From contig CAYWPR010000029.1 of assembly GCA_964460115.1 (NCBI GenBank), positions 4,131-68,130 on the forward strand: 64,000 bases of DNA. The letters run 5' to 3'. The notes beneath the pieces are model-generated. The model was not told the origin of the DNA and did not search any database. It saw nothing but the letters and a program-made list of their open reading frames with translations. The DNA comes from an uncultured Myxococcales bacterium (GTDB taxonomy: Bacteria; Myxococcota_A; Polyangia; Palsa-1104; JAEUJZ01). Shown piece after piece: positions 58,635-64,000 of this stretch. Numbering within the stretch: position 1 is the stretch's first letter; every line of letters starts with the position of its first letter. Both the position numbers and the translations under genes were made by a program.

Positions 58635-59672
58635 CTACTTGATGGGGTTTGTGTCCGACTGGCTCGGCGCGCTGCGCAAAAGGCCTTGCTTGGCCGCTTC
58701 GGCCAAACGACCCGATGGAAAGCGCTGCAAGTAGTCCGCAAAATCCGCGCGGGCTTGCGAAAACTCTTTCAGCGCTACGCGACACGCACCACGTCCATAC
58801 AGAGCGCGCTCTGTCGTCCCAGGCGTAGGCTCGTGCGCAAGGGCCCATGAAAAATCCGCCACCGCCTCTTTACAGCGGCCGCGCGTGGCGCGCAGCTCAC
58901 CTCGCACCGCGCGCAGTTCGCCGCCGCGTCCCAGCCGCAAAAAAGTACTGCGATCCAGCAAATTTAGCGCTTCGTCGGACCGCTTCAAAACCAGCAGCGC
59001 ATCGATGCGTGCCGCCTGCGCTTCTTCGCGGAGCAAACCTTGTTCGAAGCGCGCAAAATAAGACGCCAAACTATGTAAGGCTGCTTCAGCTTTGTGCTCT
59101 TGATGGAGCTCGTGCAGCGCCTGTCCAAGCAGGCGCGATTCTGCCAAAAGCGCGGATTCATCGGTGGTCGGCGGCGTGGCAGACGCTGAAGCAAGATGCG
59201 GCCGGGCGCTAAGACGGCTCGGCCGGCTGGCGGCGCGAGCTGCCGAATCCGCCAAAAGCACCGTCGCCGGTTCCGTCGCCGGTTCCGCCGCGACGGTCGT
59301 CATCGGTACATTTGGCAAAAGAGCAGGCGCTGGCTGCGCGCTTTGCACCGCTTGCGTCGGGGCCGGTTTCAAATGCTGCTTTTCGCGAAATCGTACGCCA
59401 AAAAGAAAAGCTAGCACGGTGACCGCGGTCGCGGTCAGGCCCCAGCCGAGCCGGCGCAGCACGGCACCAAGGATGCTTGGCGGCGCGCTCGGCGGTAGTG
59501 TCAGACGTGTTTCGATGCGGGACAGCGCCTCTTTGCCAAGCGGTGGCGGACTTGGCAACTGCGCCAGCAGCTTGGCGGCGCGGGCTACGGTCGGAGTGCC
59601 GGAATTGCCCATTTCGGTCAAGCGCTGCGTCAGCGGGACGCCAGGTTTTTCTTTCGCAAAGGAAAAGCTCAT
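58635..59672 (-). CDS. Membrane-anchored anti-sigma factor with periplasmic TPR-like domain
   Basis: 4-bp overlap with the upstream ECF sigma gene. One TM helix (AVTVLAFLFGV). TPR-like C-terminus. Confidence 0.5.
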   Translation of the reverse strand: MSFSFAKEKPGVPLTQRLTEMGNSGTPTVARAAKLLAQLPSPPPLGKEALSRIETRLTLPPSAPPSILGAVLRRLGWGLTATAVTVLAFLFGVRFREKQHLKPAPTQAVQSAQPAPALLPNVPMTTVAAEPATEPATVLLADSAARAASRPSRLSARPHLASASATPPTTDESALLAESRLLGQALHELHQEHKAEAALHSLASYFARFEQGLLREEAQAARIDALLVLKRSDEALNLLDRSTFLRLGRGGELRAVRGELRATRGRCKEAVADFSWALAHEPTPGTTERALYGRGACRVALKEFSQARADFADYLQRFPSGRLAEAAKQGLLRSAPSQSDTNPIK

Positions 59673-60226
59673 GGTCGTTCGCTCTTTTCCTGCCTATCGA
59701 GTTCGGCGAGAAACTGCGTTCGTGCCCGATGCAGCCAAACCCAAATCGTGCCGACTTTTTGATCGAGCAGCGCCGCGATTTCTTCGCCAGAAAGCCGTTC
59801 GATTTCGAACAAGATGAAAGCGGTCCGGTACTTGTCACTCAATCGGTCTAGCACTTTGTAGACGGTGGTCTTGGCTTGCCGCTGTTCGATTTCTTCGACG
59901 GGCGAAAGGCGCGGAGATGGCAATTGCCCCGCGACATCGTCCGCCGAGCCGCGTAAAAATTTTCGATAGCGTTGCTTGCGCCGCTGATGCCGCACCTGAT
60001 TTTGCGTGATGCGAAACAGCCAGGTGGTGATCTTGGCTTCACCGCGAAATCCGCCAAGCAAGCGCTGCACCGTCAGAAACACTTCCTGAACAATATCGTC
60101 CACGTCGGCAGTGGGGCCTCCGAGCCGAGCTGCCCAGCGCGCCACGGTCTGCGCGTGGGCCCGATATAGGGCCCCAAGTTCATGCTCCTCGGGCGGCGGC
60201 GGTAAAATGCGCATAGGCAGCGGCAC
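59669..60226 (-). CDS. ECF (sigma-70 family, group 4) RNA polymerase sigma factor
   Basis: Region 2 (DIVQEVFLTVQR) and region 4 (SGEEIAALLDQKVGTIWVWLHRAR). Confidence 0.8.
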   Translation of the reverse strand: MPLPMRILPPPPEEHELGALYRAHAQTVARWAARLGGPTADVDDIVQEVFLTVQRLLGGFRGEAKITTWLFRITQNQVRHQRRKQRYRKFLRGSADDVAGQLPSPRLSPVEEIEQRQAKTTVYKVLDRLSDKYRTAFILFEIERLSGEEIAALLDQKVGTIWVWLHRARTQFLAELDRQEKSERP

Positions 60227-60276
60227 GGCACAAGCTTGGGATGGATGGTCGCAATCACCTTACAGGGCACATCGAA

Positions 60277-61221
60277 TTACCGCCCCGGTTTTTGTAAGCG
60301 GCCTAAGCTCAGCCCCGTTGACAATATGATATCCCAGGCCGGCAGACGGGCGAGGGCGGGTTTTTCAACCAGGCTTAATTCCTGCGCGCGCAGCCAGCCG
60401 ACAACGCCTAGCTCGCCCCACAGCGCAAAGCGCGGCTTGCCGTAACCGACGCGTACTCCAAAGGCCAAACCGAAATCCGCTGCTTGGCTGCGATAGGACG
60501 CGACAAAGCCCTGGCCCGAAACCAGCACGGCGGCGGCCGAAATTCCGGTATAGAGCTCAATGAGCGGGCGCAAGGAAAAAAGCCGATAGCGCGGTGCGCA
60601 AAGAAACTGAATTCGTGTCCAATTCGCGGCGCCAGCAACATCTGCTAGCTCCATGCGGCGCAAGCCGGCCGCCGAGAATGCCAGCCGCAGGCCCAGCCGT
60701 CCTAGATGATCATCGCGCCGGGCCGACGCAAGCTGCGTTTCTAGCGTGACACCACCGGTTAAGGCCTGACCGGTCATGACCAAAAGAGCGCCGATTCCCA
60801 CTTCCCAAAGCACTGCTGGGGCGGGATGCACTGCGCTAGGAATTGGCGGCGGCGGCGGCAAAATCGGCAGCGGTACCGTCGGCGGCGCCGATTCAGGCAG
60901 CGCCTGCGGCTGGCTGGCCACGGCGCTGGCGATGACCACGGCTGCCGCCGCTGCCAAAGCAGGGCAGGGCGCCGTTCGCGAAAGATCGCGCACGGTCAAA
61001 AGCGCGCCGGTTTCACTCCGCACTTCAACGCGCAAAAGCTCATCGAGAGGCTCGATGCGGGCGCTAATTCCCATAGCAGTCGCCGTTTGCGGCAAAAGCG
61101 GCCGCAATTGCTTGGCAACCGCGGTGGCGCTGGGACAGTTGCCCTCGACAAAAAGGCGCAGCCCAATTTGTAAAAATGCATTGCCGAGCGCCGCCGCCGC
61201 GACCGTCACCATGGGCCTCAT
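60277..61221 (-). CDS. Hypothetical protein (Ala/Pro-rich, possible envelope protein)
   Basis: Long ORF with no recognisable motifs. Confidence 0.3.
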   Translation of the reverse strand: MRPMVTVAAAALGNAFLQIGLRLFVEGNCPSATAVAKQLRPLLPQTATAMGISARIEPLDELLRVEVRSETGALLTVRDLSRTAPCPALAAAAAVVIASAVASQPQALPESAPPTVPLPILPPPPPIPSAVHPAPAVLWEVGIGALLVMTGQALTGGVTLETQLASARRDDHLGRLGLRLAFSAAGLRRMELADVAGAANWTRIQFLCAPRYRLFSLRPLIELYTGISAAAVLVSGQGFVASYRSQAADFGLAFGVRVGYGKPRFALWGELGVVGWLRAQELSLVEKPALARLPAWDIILSTGLSLGRLQKPGR

Positions 61222-61261
61222 GTTTTCAGGGGCGCTTGCTCCTTGTCAACGGCTGCGCAGC

Positions 61262-63631
61262 ATGAAACTCAGCAGTGCAGTACTTGACACTGCTCCTCAG
61301 CTTGGCCTACCAATCTTTTTTGTGAAAAACTCCGCAGCCATCGGTTTCGCCATTGGTCAGTCGCCTCCGCGGCAGGAAGGTGCGGCCAAGGTCACCGGAC
61401 TAGCGCACTATATCGACGACATCGCCATGGAGGGCGGCGGCATCTTCGGGGTCACGGTGCGCAGCGCCGTGCCGCGTGGGCGCATTCAAAAAGTGCATTT
61501 TTTGCCCGGGGTGCCATGGGAGGAGATCATCGTGGTCAGCGCCGCTGACATTCGCGAAGCGGGGGGGCAAAACGCCATTGCCTTGCTTGAATATGATCAG
61601 CCCTGTCTGGCCGAAAAGGTCATCAATCACCCCGAAGAGCCGGTGCTGCTGCTTGGCCATGCCGATCGCGTCATCGCCGAGCGAGCTCGCAATTTGGTGC
61701 GCATTGACGTCGAGCCGCTGCCGGCGATTTTCGATATGGACGAATCTTTGCGGCAGGGAGAGGCCGCTGCGCCGTCCGGCATCATTTGGGGCCGCAACAA
61801 CACTTTTAAGCGCTTTGAAATTACCAAGGGCGATATGTCGGCAGGCTTTACCGCTGCCGAAGTCGTGGTCGAGGCCGATTACGAGACCGGTGCGCAGGAA
61901 CAGCTTTATATAGAGCCGCAAGGCATGCTGGCGCATTGGGACAGCGCGGGATGCCTAACGGTAAGCGGCTCGATGCAGTGTCCTTATTACATTCAAAAAG
62001 CGCTGACCTATTTGTTCGGACTGCCTCCCGAAAAAGTGCGCATCATTCAGGCCGAAACCGGCGGCGGTTTTGGTGGCAAAGAAGAATATCCATCGATGAT
62101 TGCGGCGCATGCGGCACTTTTGGCGCGCAAGGCCGGTCGGCCGGCCAAAATCATCTACGACCGGCTGGAAGATATGGTGGCGACGACCAAGCGCCATCCT
62201 TCGCGCACTCGCATTAAGACCGGTTGGTTACGCGATGGCACCCTTATCGCCCAGGACATCGATTTTCGCATCGATGGGGGCGCTTATATGACGTTGTCTC
62301 CGGTGGTGCTATCGCGCGGCGGACTGCATGCGGCTGGCCCGTACTTTTGCTCGAATGTACGGGTTCTGGCGCGAGCGGCAGCCACCAATGCTCCCCCGCA
62401 CGGAGCTTTTCGCGGCTTTGGCGCGCCTCAGAGCGTATTTGCCATGGAGCGCCATTTCGAAGATGCGGCCCTGGCCTTGGGCATTGCATCTGATGTGCTA
62501 CGCCGCAAAAATTTTGTGCGCGACGGTTTGACCCTGGCCAGCAGCCAAATCGTGCGTGACCACGTCGATATGGACGCGCTTTTAGATCGCGCCATGGCAC
62601 TCAGCGATTTTGCCAACAAGCGGCGTGACTTTGCCGAATCCAACCGCGCTGCGGTAACGCGCGGTGATTCGCGCCGGCGCGGCATTGGTCTTGCGTCCTT
62701 TATGCACGGCTGCGGATTTACCGGATCGGGAGAGCGTACGCTTGGCTCGATCGTCGCGGCGGATGCCGATGCGCAAGGCCGGGTGCGGGTCCGCGCTTCG
62801 AGCACCGAGATAGGTCAAGGGACCAATACCATTTTTACGCAAATTGCCAGTCAGACGCTGGGCTTGCCTGGTGCGTACATCGACATCGTGCGTCCAGACA
62901 CCGCCGAGGTGCCAAACAGCGGCCCCACGGTCGCCTCGCGAACCTGTATGGTGGTGGGCTCGCTCGTGGCCGATGCCTGTAGGGCGCTTTTGTCGCAGCT
63001 TTGGCAAAGCGGTCTTTTGGCCAAGGATTACAAGCCAAGCGATTTTCAAGCCGCCTGCGCCGAATATCATCGTCAGGCGGACCGGCTGGGCCCGCTTGCC
63101 GCTACTGCCAAGCATCAGCAGCCTCCGGGCATGAACTGGGATGACAATACCTATCGTGGCGACGCCTACGCCACTTATGCTTGGGCCGTCTACGTGGCCG
63201 AGGTCGAAGTGGACCTTTTGACCTACGAAACGCAAGTTTTGGACTTTTGGGCGGTTCAGGAAGTTGGCAAAGTCGTTCATCCCGTCTTGGCCGCAGGTCA
63301 GATTGAAGGCGGGGTGGCGCAGTCGGTGGGCTATGCCTTGTACGAAAAAGTCGTTTGGAAGGAAGGCCGCATGCAAAACGGCCAAATGACCAATTACATC
63401 ATGCCAACTTCCATGGATGTGCCGCGTATACACACCGAATTCTTCGAAGTGCCGGGCCCCTACGGACCAGTTGGCGCCAAAGGCATCGGAGAATTGCCCA
63501 TGGACGGCAGCGCGCCGGCTATTTTAAACGCCGTTGAGCACGCCACGGGCTTGCGCGTCCGTACCATTCCAATGACTTCGGAAGACCTACTAAACGCGGC
63601 GCTTGCGCAAAAGGTCGGTCCATGCAGCTAA
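61262..63631 (+). CDS. Xanthine dehydrogenase/aldehyde oxidase-family molybdopterin-binding large subunit
   Basis: N-terminal GQSPPRQEGAAKVTGLAHYIDD, then GGGFGGKE. The track ORF start at 60776 is a spurious upstream extension. An alternative GTG start exists at 61322. Confidence 0.75.
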   Translation: MKLSSAVLDTAPQLGLPIFFVKNSAAIGFAIGQSPPRQEGAAKVTGLAHYIDDIAMEGGGIFGVTVRSAVPRGRIQKVHFLPGVPWEEIIVVSAADIREAGGQNAIALLEYDQPCLAEKVINHPEEPVLLLGHADRVIAERARNLVRIDVEPLPAIFDMDESLRQGEAAAPSGIIWGRNNTFKRFEITKGDMSAGFTAAEVVVEADYETGAQEQLYIEPQGMLAHWDSAGCLTVSGSMQCPYYIQKALTYLFGLPPEKVRIIQAETGGGFGGKEEYPSMIAAHAALLARKAGRPAKIIYDRLEDMVATTKRHPSRTRIKTGWLRDGTLIAQDIDFRIDGGAYMTLSPVVLSRGGLHAAGPYFCSNVRVLARAAATNAPPHGAFRGFGAPQSVFAMERHFEDAALALGIASDVLRRKNFVRDGLTLASSQIVRDHVDMDALLDRAMALSDFANKRRDFAESNRAAVTRGDSRRRGIGLASFMHGCGFTGSGERTLGSIVAADADAQGRVRVRASSTEIGQGTNTIFTQIASQTLGLPGAYIDIVRPDTAEVPNSGPTVASRTCMVVGSLVADACRALLSQLWQSGLLAKDYKPSDFQAACAEYHRQADRLGPLAATAKHQQPPGMNWDDNTYRGDAYATYAWAVYVAEVEVDLLTYETQVLDFWAVQEVGKVVHPVLAAGQIEGGVAQSVGYALYEKVVWKEGRMQNGQMTNYIMPTSMDVPRIHTEFFEVPGPYGPVGAKGIGELPMDGSAPAILNAVEHATGLRVRTIPMTSEDLLNAALAQKVGPCS

Positions 63632-64000
63632 AAATGAAGGTGAACGGAACCGCGCGGGTCTGCCAGACCGCTTCGCCGATGAATCGTCTGCTCGATGTTC
63701 TGCGCGAAGACTTGCACCTGACCGGTACCAAAGAAGGCTGCGGCGAAGGGGAATGCGGCGCTTGCGCCGTATTGCTTGACGGCGAGCTTGTCTGTTCCTG
63801 TTTGGTCGCAGCCCTGCAAGCCGATGGTTGCGAAGTCGTAACCATCGAAGGTGTGTCGCCTTCGCCAGCGACTTTGGATCGCATTCAACAGGCTTTTGTC
63901 GAGTGCGGCGGCGCACAATGCGGTATCTGTACGCCCGGAATGATTTTGGCGGCCCGGGCGCTTTTGCAACGCCATCCACAGCCCACCGATTTGCAGATTC
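63622..64000 (+). CDS. (2Fe-2S)-binding small subunit of the XDH/CoxS family, truncated by the window end
   Basis: CGEGECGACAV and CGICTPG motifs. Confidence 0.7.
   Translation, partial: MQLKMKVNGTARVCQTASPMNRLLDVLREDLHLTGTKEGCGEGECGACAVLLDGELVCSCLVAALQADGCEVVTIEGVSPSPATLDRIQQAFVECGGAQCGICTPGMILAARALLQRHPQPTDLQI

Noticed and set aside
60776-61261. Long N-terminal extension of the XDH ORF in the six-frame track
   Set aside because: It overlaps the oppositely oriented 60277-61221 ORF and has no XDH-like sequence. The conserved XDH N-terminus begins near 61322.

Overview
High-GC (~62%) bacterial chromosomal window of about 46 protein-coding genes plus a two-copy tandem duplication. No rRNA, tRNA, CRISPR array or transposase was recognised. 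The lipoprotein-rich gene content (Cys-rich secreted lipoprotein, roadblock/LC7, PknK-like kinase) suggests a delta-proteobacterial or myxobacterial-type lineage, though I did not verify this. Recognisable genes are: a NYN/LabA-like nuclease-fold protein; a giant Ser/Thr-kinase-STAND ATPase-GAF-PP2C gene; a fused MFS/spermidine-synthase; a thioredoxin-TPR-purS-purQL-purF operon; a vWA protein with tandem PKVEPP repeats; a nine-gene envelope operon ending in DUF4350-MoxR-DUF58 plus a YfhL ferredoxin; srkA; arfB; fadIJ; and a central-carbon cluster (pgi, class-3 fbp, fbaB, short 6PGDH, PFK). The right end carries a sigma54 activator, a roadblock/LC7 protein, an ECF sigma/anti-sigma pair and a xanthine-dehydrogenase-family Mo enzyme. 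The most striking signal is in the giant kinase gene. It is cleanly split between its HKDIKP catalytic loop (ending at 2119) and its DFG/APE half (resuming at 7521). The 5.4-kb intervening block (2120..7520) carries a DprE1/DprE2-like pair and a perfect 2 x 1540-bp tandem duplication of a DUF3501-peroxiredoxin operon, each copy with a near-consensus sigma70 promoter. The same 7-mer agccgca sits at the insertion boundary and at every duplication junction. No transposase or integrase is present. A second candidate system is the lipoprotein/MoxR/DUF58 operon next to the repeat-containing vWA protein. Start codons were chosen by hand from the ORF track and are approximate.
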